From the NCBI RefSeq assembly GCF_000253055.1, contig NC_016070.1, forward strand, positions 900,001 through 932,000: a stretch of 32,000 bases of DNA, in the 5' to 3' direction. This DNA is from Thermoproteus tenax Kra 1. Lineage in GTDB: Archaea; Thermoproteota; Thermoprotei; Thermoproteales; Thermoproteaceae. A model generated the notes under the pieces. The model was not told the origin of the DNA and did no database searches. It saw only the letters and a program-made list of their open reading frames with translations. This document shows, in pieces, positions 7,031-14,821 of the stretch; the first letter of the stretch is position 1, and the number at the start of each line of letters is the position of its first letter. Made by a program: the position numbers and the translations under genes.

Positions 7031-7736
7031 AGGCCTCGCGGAGCTCGGCCAATTGCTCCATCCTGCCCAACCTCCTAATTATATTGCGGGCGAGCGTCCA
7101 CGCTGCGTTGACGTCTCTGTTTAACTGGACTTTACACTTAGGGCAGTAGACCAAGCGTCCTCTCTTGGTCATCCTGCCGCCGCATACGGGGCAGACATCC
7201 GACAGCATAGTGGTGTGTAGCTCCACGAAGTTCTCTTGCGCCAACGACAAGACCTCCCGCAGAGCTCTCTCGAACTGAGGAGCCATGGGCACGTCGGCTA
7301 TCAGAATGTTCACCCCCCTCTTGGGCACGAAGGCCTCTGAAATGCTCGAGGCGACCCCTCTGGCCACAAGCTCCGTGTAGCCCCCAAGTCTGAAGACTCT
7401 GTAGACTACGCCCCCCTCATTGACGTCCATGGCGTGGATTATAAGAGGCGCGCCCTCGGCCATCTCCCTTAGTCCGATCTTTTCATTGTCCCTTATCAGG
7501 CGGACAATGGCCCTATCCCCCTTGACATAGACCTCGGCCTTGGAGAGCCCCAAGGGCCTCCAATCGGCGTAGGTCAGACGCCATGATTTATACATACACA
7601 CCGGCATCTCTCCGGAGTAGAGCGAGACGACTGATTCAACTATTCGGACGGGTCCCCCCAGCTCGACCACAGCGTAGTCCCCTCCTATCGCTCCCCTGGC
7701 CCTCTCAGGGTCGCATTTGAGACTGTAGGTCAACAT
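7005..7736 (-). CDS. Miniature TnpB (IS605 OrfB)-like RuvC / zinc-ribbon protein, 243 aa
   Basis: I trimmed the track ORF 7005..7856 to ATG 7734-7736 (MLTYSLKCDPERARG...) because the upstream part overlaps the KaiC-like gene. The C-terminus CPVC-x12-CPKC-KVQLNRDVNAAWTLARNI is the TnpB/Cas12 Zn-finger plus RuvC-III signature. HAMDVNEGG fits RuvC-I. NILIADVP sits at the RuvC-II position, with Ala-Asp where TnpB has Glu. Confidence 0.65.
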   Translation of the reverse strand: MLTYSLKCDPERARGAIGGDYAVVELGGPVRIVESVVSLYSGEMPVCMYKSWRLTYADWRPLGLSKAEVYVKGDRAIVRLIRDNEKIGLREMAEGAPLIIHAMDVNEGGVVYRVFRLGGYTELVARGVASSISEAFVPKRGVNILIADVPMAPQFERALREVLSLAQENFVELHTTMLSDVCPVCGGRMTKRGRLVYCPKCKVQLNRDVNAAWTLARNIIRRLGRMEQLAELREAFMLSYPDV

Positions 7737-7747
7737 GCCGGCTCCAC

Positions 7748-8500
7748 TTACTCCGTTTTTATCCCCATCTCGGCCATCCTTCTGTTGAGATCCCTCAACA
7801 ACGCCTTGACGTCTACTTCCACCACCTTTTTGTCCACTATGTCTATATGGACCCAATCGTGGGAGACCCTCAGCCCTCTGGCCCTCGCAATCCTCAACCT
7901 CCTCATGAACAAGCCCATCTGTTCTAAGTTGGGATCCACCTCGGCCTCGATGATGAGGTCGGCCAGATGCTCGGCCAGGGCCAACGTGTTGGCTACATCC
8001 TCTACATCTGTATGGACGATGCCCACCACTATATTGTTGGTATATTTGGCGAATATCTTAAGTCCTCTGAACAGCTCAAAGACGTTCGACGACCTCAGTA
8101 TCACCTCGTTGAGGGAGTCGATTACCACTAGCCCGTTTTTGACGTACTCCGCCAACTCGGCCAGTTTGTCCAAAAAGGCCCTTGTATCCAAGACGTCCAA
8201 CCTCGATTTGTTCCAAAGCTTCATTTTGTTGATCCTCTCGGTGGGGGCATAGAAGCCGTCGACGATCAAGACCTCGGATGGATTCACGCCCCTCGACCTC
8301 AAGGCGTCCAGCACGTCATCGGGCAGAGCATCGATGGCGAACACTGCGGCGGGCGCCCCGGCATCTAGAGCGCTTTTCACGAAACAGTATGCGAAGAAGG
8401 TTTTGCCGACTCCCAAGGGGCCCTCAAGCAAGACGAGGTAGCCCGGGGGGACTCCGGACGGCGGAAGCTGTTGGTCGATAGGCTCAACTCCGGTCCTCAT
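7748..8500 (-). CDS. Single-domain KaiC/RadA-paralog (RecA-superfamily) ATPase
   Basis: 250-aa ORF with Walker A GPLGVGKT, Walker B LVVIDSL, and the N-terminal PIDQQL..GVPPGYLVLLEG pattern typical of archaeal KaiC-like proteins. The stop lies 11 nt upstream of the TnpB-like start. Confidence 0.85.
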   Translation of the reverse strand: MRTGVEPIDQQLPPSGVPPGYLVLLEGPLGVGKTFFAYCFVKSALDAGAPAAVFAIDALPDDVLDALRSRGVNPSEVLIVDGFYAPTERINKMKLWNKSRLDVLDTRAFLDKLAELAEYVKNGLVVIDSLNEVILRSSNVFELFRGLKIFAKYTNNIVVGIVHTDVEDVANTLALAEHLADLIIEAEVDPNLEQMGLFMRRLRIARARGLRVSHDWVHIDIVDKKVVEVDVKALLRDLNRRMAEMGIKTE

Positions 8501-8554
8501 AGTCTCTATGTTCCCCCCTTTTAAGAGCTTTTAACTAGCGGCCAGCTCTGGTTT

Positions 8555-9433
8555 GTGGGCGTGATAGCCAAATTCGACCCTTGGGGCAACCCGCTCTGTC
8601 CGTGTCCCCCCAAGTACGGCTTGAACCCCTACACTGGGTGTGGGCACGGCTGTCTCTACTGCTATATAACCGGCTACATCCCCCGCGCCTTCCAGCCCAG
8701 GCCCAAGGAGGATCTCCTAGAGCGGATTATGAGGGATCTGAAGAAGTTGCCCAAGGGGTCCGTGATATCGTTGTCCAACTCCTCGGACCCCTACACTCCG
8801 CCCGAGGCGCAGCTCAAGCTGACCCGCAAGGCCCTGTCCCTCATCTTGGGCGAAGGCCATAAGGTGCTCATAGTGACGAAATCGCCGTTGGTGTTGAGAG
8901 ACTTGGACTTGTTCACAAGATACAAGGGTAGAGTCGTGGTGCAGATAACTATAACTACTCTTGACGAAAAGTTGGCGAGCGTCTTGGAGCCGAACGCGCC
9001 CAAGCCGTCGGCCCGGCTGGAGGCGGTCAGAAGGCTTTCCCGCGCAGGTATACCGACTGGAGTTAGGCTGGACCCCATAGTGCCCTTTGTAAACGATAGC
9101 CTAGACTCGCTGGCGGCAGTGGTCGACGCGGCGGCCGGGGCCGGGGCGAGGCAGCTGGTGGCCAGCACGTACAAGGCTAAGCCGGACAACTTCGCCAGAC
9201 TCTTGAGGGCCTTCCCGGAGCTCACCGATAGGCTCAAGGACATGTACTGGACTAGGGGAACCTACATGCATGGGCAGAGATATGCGCCGGCAGAGTACAG
9301 AAGGAGGATATTGGAGGCGGTCAAAGCTATGGCAGAGGCCGCGGGGCTTCAATTCAACGTGTGTAGGGAGGAGTTCTTCGACCTTAACACGCCCAACACG
9401 TATTGCGACGGAAGTAACTTACTCTCCAGTTAG
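8555..9433 (+). CDS. Radical SAM protein, SPL/SplB-like (COG1533 'DNA repair photolyase' type)
   Basis: 292-aa ORF with a GTG start. It has a CGHGCLYCY CxxxCxxC cluster near the N-terminus, and the N-terminal FDPWGNPLCPCPPKYGLNPYTGC and overall size are as in COG1533 proteins. Divergent from the KaiC-like gene across a 54-nt A/T-containing promoter region (8501-8554). Confidence 0.8.
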   Translation: MGVIAKFDPWGNPLCPCPPKYGLNPYTGCGHGCLYCYITGYIPRAFQPRPKEDLLERIMRDLKKLPKGSVISLSNSSDPYTPPEAQLKLTRKALSLILGEGHKVLIVTKSPLVLRDLDLFTRYKGRVVVQITITTLDEKLASVLEPNAPKPSARLEAVRRLSRAGIPTGVRLDPIVPFVNDSLDSLAAVVDAAAGAGARQLVASTYKAKPDNFARLLRAFPELTDRLKDMYWTRGTYMHGQRYAPAEYRRRILEAVKAMAEAAGLQFNVCREEFFDLNTPNTYCDGSNLLSS

Positions 9434-9447
9434 GGCGCGTTTTATCC

Positions 9448-10053
9448 TTCCGCCGTAGACGCCCCAGTTGTCCAAGGCCCTTTTGAGCACCTCGGCGAAC
9501 TCGACGTCGCCCGCGAGCGTGGCCACGGCCTCTGAGATTATCGAGGAGTATATTATTCTTGAGCATCATGCCGCCGTCTATGACCACGTTGACATGGCAA
9601 ACAGCAAGCCTCGCCCTTTAGGGTGGGGATGGATTTAAGCTGTTTCACGGCCGAAGAAAGGCGTTCCGTGCAGGAGGAAACCTGAAAAGCACTGTGCGGC
9701 GGACTATATTTTATTATGGAAGCAGGGGATGGCAGAGAGGGGAGCGGGCAGAGGAGAGGCAGGAAGCGAAAGCGCAACAAGGGCAACGCTGAGGAGGAGA
9801 AAGCGCACGTCCTAACGCACGCCGTCGTTGTCCCCAGCCCGCGGCTGAGCTGGAGGAAGTTCAATACGCTGAAGGAGCTTGTGGAGAAGTACAGGGAGCT
9901 GGTCGTCCACTTCGTCGAGTTCGCGAGCGCGGCGTGACTGGACAGATCTCGCTCAGCAGAGCCCTCTACGGGGAGCTGAGGGGGGGCATCCGGTGCACCG
10001 ATGCCCCGGGCCCCTCCCGCGACTACGGCCACCTTGCCCGCGAACTTAGCCAT
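9448..10053 (-). pseudogene. Short-chain dehydrogenase/reductase (SDR) remnant: interrupted, frameshifted and truncated
   Basis: The minus strand from ATG 10053 reads MAKFAGKVAVVAGGARGIG (Rossmann TGxxxGIG motif), then runs into unrelated sequence. SDR-like sequence resumes near 9596 (HVNVVIDGGMM) and, after a frameshift, continues IISEAVATLAGDVEFAEVLKRALDNWGVYGG. It then stops, with no catalytic YxxxK region. Confidence 0.5.
9818..9985 (+). mobile_element. Fragment of an IS200/IS605-family orfB (TnpB) N-terminus, lodged inside the SDR remnant
   Basis: The plus strand reads HAVVVPSPRLSWRKFNTLKELVEKYRELVVHFVEFASAA and then, after a frameshift, TGQISLSRALYGELRG. This matches the usual archaeal OrfB N-terminal pattern (beta strand, then L.EL...YR..vn...d.a, then ...Y.ELR). 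No RuvC or Zn-ribbon part follows. Confidence 0.4.
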
Positions 10054-10077
10054 AAAAATTCACAGAAGTATAATTTA

Positions 10078-10755
10078 GTGCTTCCTCCCGTTGAGGCCAT
10101 CTTTAGATATGTAGAACACCTCGTAAGGCATACCCCCCTCTGGCTCTTCCTTGCCACATTCGCCATTCAGAGCGTGCCCTTCTCGCCAGTGCCCAGCTAT
10201 ATACCGTTAGTGTTCTATACTCTATATCACGTGAGATCCTCCAGTGATCTGGCGGCGGCAGTCTTCGTCTCAGCGGCGGGCGCCATCGCGGGGAAGATCG
10301 TAGTGTTCCTCTTCGGCGATTGGCTCAAGCCCTTGATGCCGCGCAAGAGCAGAGAGACGTTCAGAGAGCTGTTGCGCTCTATACCGGAGGACAAACTGAG
10401 CCTCGCCTTGTTCCTAATGGCCGCCCTTCCGTTGCCTGACGACGAAGTCTATATACTCTTGAGGGCCGGCGACTACGATTTGAGGAAACTTCTGATCGTT
10501 ATCACGCCGGCGAAGGTCCTCTGGGCTTTCTCCCATGTTATGTACATAGTGGCCCTCCGTGGAGCAATCGCTCCATTGATCGGAGGAGGGCCGCTCGCTG
10601 AGGGCGCGTTGGTATCGGCGGTGACGCTAGCCCTCACAGTAGCGGCGCTGAGGGCGGACTGGTCTCAAACGTTTAAGTGCTATAGGTCCCACGGCGCTGT
10701 GGCGGCTGTGAAGACGGCCCTAAAGAGCATCGTCGGAGGGAGCGACTTGGGCTGA
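10078..10755 (+). CDS. DedA/TVP38 (VTT-domain, 'SNARE-associated')-like membrane protein
   Basis: I trimmed the track ORF 9934..10755 to GTG 10078. The upstream part is antisense to the SDR N-terminus, and ATAAAAAT lies about 25 nt upstream of the GTG. Multi-TM protein with AGAIAGKIVVFLFGDWLKP and AALPLPDDEVYILLRAGDY motifs resembling VTT-domain re-entrant loops. Followed by a T-rich tract at 10856-10870. Confidence 0.55.
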   Translation: MLPPVEAIFRYVEHLVRHTPLWLFLATFAIQSVPFSPVPSYIPLVFYTLYHVRSSSDLAAAVFVSAAGAIAGKIVVFLFGDWLKPLMPRKSRETFRELLRSIPEDKLSLALFLMAALPLPDDEVYILLRAGDYDLRKLLIVITPAKVLWAFSHVMYIVALRGAIAPLIGGGPLAEGALVSAVTLALTVAALRADWSQTFKCYRSHGAVAAVKTALKSIVGGSDLG

Positions 10756-10862
10756 AGAGAGGGCGGAGTGTAGGCCCCCCGGAGGAGGCCCTATCATCGG
10801 CGCGGGGTGCCCGCCGCTCTGGACCTCACACCTAGGGCCAGTATCTAAGGATGTCGTTTTAT

Positions 10863-13688
10863 TTATTTTTCGAGGTAGATGCCGGGCTTCAGGGGTAGCG
10901 CCGCGCGCTTCTTGCCTCCTAGGTCAGGAGCCTGGGGATCGTCGGCTTTATACACCAACACGTCCAAGGACAAGGCCTTAGATATGTATGTCCCCAGCTC
11001 TGCCAATGTGGAGTACTCGTCGAAGTACTCCACATCGGCCACCAGCTGTCTAACCTCATCGCTGAGCTGTCTGGCGAAGTCGAAAACTCTCTTGGCCATA
11101 TTAGCCGGCACGCCCGCAGATATAAGCTCCCTTACGTCCTTCGCCTTGGCGGCTGCCTTAAGCCAGGCGAAGTTCCCGTTGACGTAGATCACAGCCCTTT
11201 TGGCGTCCTCCACTATCTTCATCAGGCTGGAGACGTCCTCTATCAACATATCGACATATCTCATGGCCAACAATACCCCTTTGTCTACGGGCAGAGTAGG
11301 CCAGGGGGCCTTAGCCACGAACGGCCTCTCCCCGAGTCTCTCCCACAGCTCCTCGGCCATGTGGGGTACTATGGGCTCCATGGCGATTATCCATGCCTTC
11401 AGCACATCGATTATGGACTTGCTGGGCGTGCCCGCGATGGCCAGATAGCGCTCGGCAAGCCTCCTCATATCGTACAAAATATATACGGCGGCCTCTCTGA
11501 TGGAGACTTCCTCGTACGCCCTCGCCGCCTTTTCTAACAAGAGGGCGGCCTCGGATCTGAACCACCTCTCGGCGGTGCCCTCACCTCTGTCCTCTGCCCT
11601 CTCGACGATACTCAAGATCAGATCGAAGATCTCCTCCAAATGTTTGGCTATGAACCTGGCCACAGTGCCTCTGAAGTCCAAGTCTTGGTCAACCTCGGCG
11701 GATACTGCGAGCGTCGCCCTCAGAGGATCTGCTCCGTATTGATTCACGGCCTTGCCCAACGCCAACACGTTGCGCTTGGATTTAGACATCTTCTCTCCCT
11801 CAACTAAGACCCAGCCGTTGGCCACTATCTGTCTCGGCCAGAGCTCCCGCGGGAAGATGGCCGCGTGGTTGAACAAGAAGAAGGTCAAGTGGTTGGGGAT
11901 CAGATCCTTGCCCGAGTTGCGGGAATCGAGGGGGTACCAGTATGTGAACTCCTCCCTTATGGCCTTGAGCACGTCTGGGCTTGCGCCGATCGCCCTAGAT
12001 ACCTCCTCGGGGGACCCCCTCCCCAGAAATACGTAGTCCCAGAAGGCCTCGGTCAACTGGTCCGGCCTCAGGCCGAACTCTCTAATCTTCCTTATCACAG
12101 TGTAGTAGGCCATGTATATCGTTGAGTCGCTTAGGCTCTCTATGATCCAGTTTGGATCCCACGGAAGCGGCGTGCCCAAGCCCCTCGTCCTTGCGCACGC
12201 CCTCTTGTCCAGCCAGTCTATAGTGGCCTCGAAGTGCGCCCGGGCCTCTGGCGGCAGTATCCTCATGCTCCTCAACAGCTCCTTAGTGAGGCTCTTCCAG
12301 CCGGGATCGCCGTAGTTCAAGAACCATTGATCCTCGAGGACTTTCACCACTACTTCTGTGCCGCATCTGCAGTACACGGGCTTGTTCATGATCTCGTACA
12401 TCTCGCCGCCAATGCCAGCGGCCCTCATCCACGCCTTAATGGTCTCTCTCGCCTCCCTCACGGGCTTCCCAGCAATGTAGAGCGAGAAGAACCCTTTGAG
12501 GAGGGCGCGCGCAAGCTCGGGCAGATCTCTCCCGACTCTCTCCACGACGTCTTGCCTCATGACGCCCTTGTTGTGCTCAGCCATATAGACCTCCTTTGTC
12601 GCATCCTCGAGCTTGGGGTCAGTCTGGCTCTTTATGCCCATCCTCTCCACGACCTCCTTTGCGGGGAACTCGCCGTAGCCCTCTACTGTGATCAGAGGAA
12701 TGAGCCTCTCTTGGCCTAGCTCCTTCAAGGCGACATAGTCGTAGGGCGCGTGCGCAGGAACCGCCATCACGACGCCAGTGCCCGTATGCACATCTACAAA
12801 CTTGGCCGGCAATATGGGGACTTTTTCCCCGGTTACTGGGTTGCGCACGCTGGCTCCCACGAACTTCTCGCCCTTAACCCTCTCCAGAACCTTAACTTTT
12901 GTCTGGAAGGAGAGTCTAAAGGCGGCATCTAGGCTGAGCACCACCCTCCTGCCATCGGCCTCGGCCACTGCGTAGTCCTCGTCCGGATTTATCCACAAGT
13001 TGGTCACCCCCAAGACTGTCTCTGGCCTGAGGGTGGCCGCAGGGTAGTAGAGCCCATCGGTTCCCTCGAAGAATATCAGAGTCCACTCGCCTATCTCGGG
13101 CTCTTTGTCGTCTTTCGTATCGTGTGCCCCCACCGGCATTTGGTGTTTTGGACACCACCCCACGGGGTGTCTGCCCCTCACCACTAGCCCCCTATCCGCC
13201 AATTTCTTGAACTGCCACCTTATGAACTGTTGATACTCTGGGTCTATGGTGGTGAACTCGCGCGACCAATCGATGGAAAGCCCCATTTTCTTCATATATT
13301 GTTTGGACAGCTCTCTGAAGTAGTTGGCCAAGAAGAGCGGATCGCCCATCCTTTTCACGTCCTCCTCAGGCACGTCGTATATCACTTTGAAGTCCTCCAT
13401 AGTCTTTCTATCTCCAGCCGCGATAGATTCGGCGACAGTCAATATGGGGGTGCCCGTATAGTGGAAGCCCATGGGGTAGAGCACGGCGTAGCCTCTGTGC
13501 CTATAAAACCTAGCTAGCACGTCCGCTATGAGATAGGTTCTGCCGTGGCCTATGTGTATAGCTCCGTTGGGATAGGGATATGCGGCCGTTATAAAATACT
13601 TGGGCCTCCCAGGCTCCGGCGTTGCCTCAAAGACGCGGGCCTCGGCCCACCGCCTCTGCCACTTCTCCTCAATAGAGTGAAAATCCAT
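10863..13688 (-). CDS. leuS: Leucine--tRNA ligase (archaeal type)
   Basis: 941-aa ORF with HIGH-type motif NGAIHIGHGRTY, KMSKS motif EKMSKSKRN, and the CP1 editing-domain region between them. Confidence 0.97.
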   Translation of the reverse strand: MDFHSIEEKWQRRWAEARVFEATPEPGRPKYFITAAYPYPNGAIHIGHGRTYLIADVLARFYRHRGYAVLYPMGFHYTGTPILTVAESIAAGDRKTMEDFKVIYDVPEEDVKRMGDPLFLANYFRELSKQYMKKMGLSIDWSREFTTIDPEYQQFIRWQFKKLADRGLVVRGRHPVGWCPKHQMPVGAHDTKDDKEPEIGEWTLIFFEGTDGLYYPAATLRPETVLGVTNLWINPDEDYAVAEADGRRVVLSLDAAFRLSFQTKVKVLERVKGEKFVGASVRNPVTGEKVPILPAKFVDVHTGTGVVMAVPAHAPYDYVALKELGQERLIPLITVEGYGEFPAKEVVERMGIKSQTDPKLEDATKEVYMAEHNKGVMRQDVVERVGRDLPELARALLKGFFSLYIAGKPVREARETIKAWMRAAGIGGEMYEIMNKPVYCRCGTEVVVKVLEDQWFLNYGDPGWKSLTKELLRSMRILPPEARAHFEATIDWLDKRACARTRGLGTPLPWDPNWIIESLSDSTIYMAYYTVIRKIREFGLRPDQLTEAFWDYVFLGRGSPEEVSRAIGASPDVLKAIREEFTYWYPLDSRNSGKDLIPNHLTFFLFNHAAIFPRELWPRQIVANGWVLVEGEKMSKSKRNVLALGKAVNQYGADPLRATLAVSAEVDQDLDFRGTVARFIAKHLEEIFDLILSIVERAEDRGEGTAERWFRSEAALLLEKAARAYEEVSIREAAVYILYDMRRLAERYLAIAGTPSKSIIDVLKAWIIAMEPIVPHMAEELWERLGERPFVAKAPWPTLPVDKGVLLAMRYVDMLIEDVSSLMKIVEDAKRAVIYVNGNFAWLKAAAKAKDVRELISAGVPANMAKRVFDFARQLSDEVRQLVADVEYFDEYSTLAELGTYISKALSLDVLVYKADDPQAPDLGGKKRAALPLKPGIYLEK

Positions 13689-13710
13689 AGGCTACGCAGA
13701 GGCACAGTTT

Positions 13711-14550
13711 TTATTTATTTCGAGGTCTCATATATGCGTAATCGGGACACTTCTTTACAATTTTTTTGCTGTAGGCAAGCCCCACCTCTAACAACACTGC
13801 GAAGGGCAAGAACGTGAGAAACACGGAGATGAGCGTTGCGTCCGGAGTAAACACAGCTATGATTATTAGGGAGAAGGCGTATATCACGGGCCGATACTCA
13901 GCGATAGACCAGGGGTTTATCAAACAGAGCTCCGAGAGCACGGCGATTACGACGGGGGCCTCGAAGAATATCCCCGACCACAACGCTATCTGGATTATTG
14001 TATCCACCACTGAGCCTATGCTGAACACCGGCGTGACGCCCGGCAACACGCTGGAGATGTCTATGAGGAAGCGGAGGAAGAACCGGGCAATTAGGCCCAG
14101 GCCGTAGAGGTTGCCAAGGTAGAAGAGTAGCACGGCGAATGCAAGATATTTCCTCACGGCTCTGATCTCGTGGGGGTAGAGCGCGGGCTTTATATATGCC
14201 CATACTTCGTACACAAGATAGGGCGCTATAGCCAACGCGGTGAAGTAGAGCGAGACGTACAACAACGCGTTGAAGGGGGCGAAGACCTCGCCTGAGATCA
14301 ACATGACGTTAGTGTAGGCCATATGTATCGAGGGGTTTATGACATACCTATAGAAGACGTCGTAGGCCAACGTCGTGTAGTTTCCCGTAACGAAGAAGCC
14401 CGTTATGATCTGGAGGGGGTCCGAGAGACGTTGGGGAGTCGGCATTAGCGTGAGGAGGAAGACTATGACGCCGACTACTAGGACCCTCTTGAGTCTATAC
14501 GCCAGCTCGGCCAAGTGCTCCCACAGCGGCATCTCTTTATCAGAGGACAC
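13711..14550 (-). CDS. tatC: Twin-arginine translocase subunit TatC
   Basis: 279-aa ORF. The N-terminus MPLWEHLAELAYRLKRVLVV is the canonical TatC start, followed by six hydrophobic segments. It lies 22 nt upstream of leuS. Confidence 0.9.
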   Translation of the reverse strand: MSSDKEMPLWEHLAELAYRLKRVLVVGVIVFLLTLMPTPQRLSDPLQIITGFFVTGNYTTLAYDVFYRYVINPSIHMAYTNVMLISGEVFAPFNALLYVSLYFTALAIAPYLVYEVWAYIKPALYPHEIRAVRKYLAFAVLLFYLGNLYGLGLIARFFLRFLIDISSVLPGVTPVFSIGSVVDTIIQIALWSGIFFEAPVVIAVLSELCLINPWSIAEYRPVIYAFSLIIIAVFTPDATLISVFLTFLPFAVLLEVGLAYSKKIVKKCPDYAYMRPRNK

Positions 14551-14579
14551 TGATACGTCCTTGTTTTCGACTAAAAGTT

Positions 14580-14774
14580 TTAGTCCTCGAATCTCGCCAA
14601 GCTGTCCTCAACAGCTATGGCGAAGACGAGCGGAAATATAATAGCCCAGAGCGCCATGGCCCTCATTGAGTTAAGGAAGCCTCCCCTCCATTTGAAATAC
14701 ATCAACAGAAGCCCCATCAAGAACAATAGGGAGAGCGCGTAGAGCTTTCTAAAGCCGCGCACAATTTTGTTCAC
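14580..14774 (-). CDS. Small membrane protein (2 predicted TM helices), hypothetical
   Basis: 64-aa ORF with a GTG start and two hydrophobic stretches (LYALSLLFLMGLLLMYF and MALWAIIFPLVFAIAV). It has its own GTTATATATAC box (minus) at 14791-14801. Confidence 0.4.
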   Translation of the reverse strand: MNKIVRGFRKLYALSLLFLMGLLLMYFKWRGGFLNSMRAMALWAIIFPLVFAIAVEDSLARFED

Positions 14775-14821
14775 CCCTCTTCAGCCAAGTGTATATATAA
14801 CTTCTTTGCTTATCTTCTGTA

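Noticed and set aside
7737-7856. N-terminal extensions of track ORFs: 7005..7856 here, and likewise 21475..21600, 22518..22604, 28040..28201 and 9934..10077
   Set aside because: Each extension overlaps the upstream gene or a pseudogene, is Arg/Gly/Pro-rich, and precedes an internal ATG/GTG that has a TATA-like box about 25 nt upstream or abuts the upstream stop. I used the shorter models.
7950-7956. C-box-like ATGATGA on the plus strand inside the KaiC-like gene
   Set aside because: No CTGA D box lies within the expected 40-60 nt downstream, and there is no second box pair. It is probably chance.
9553-10053. 166-aa minus-strand ORF
   Set aside because: Only its first ~20 residues (MAKFAGKVAVVAGGARGIG) look like a real protein, an SDR. 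The rest is low-complexity sequence antisense to the TnpB fragment. I treated it as part of a pseudogene and not as a gene.
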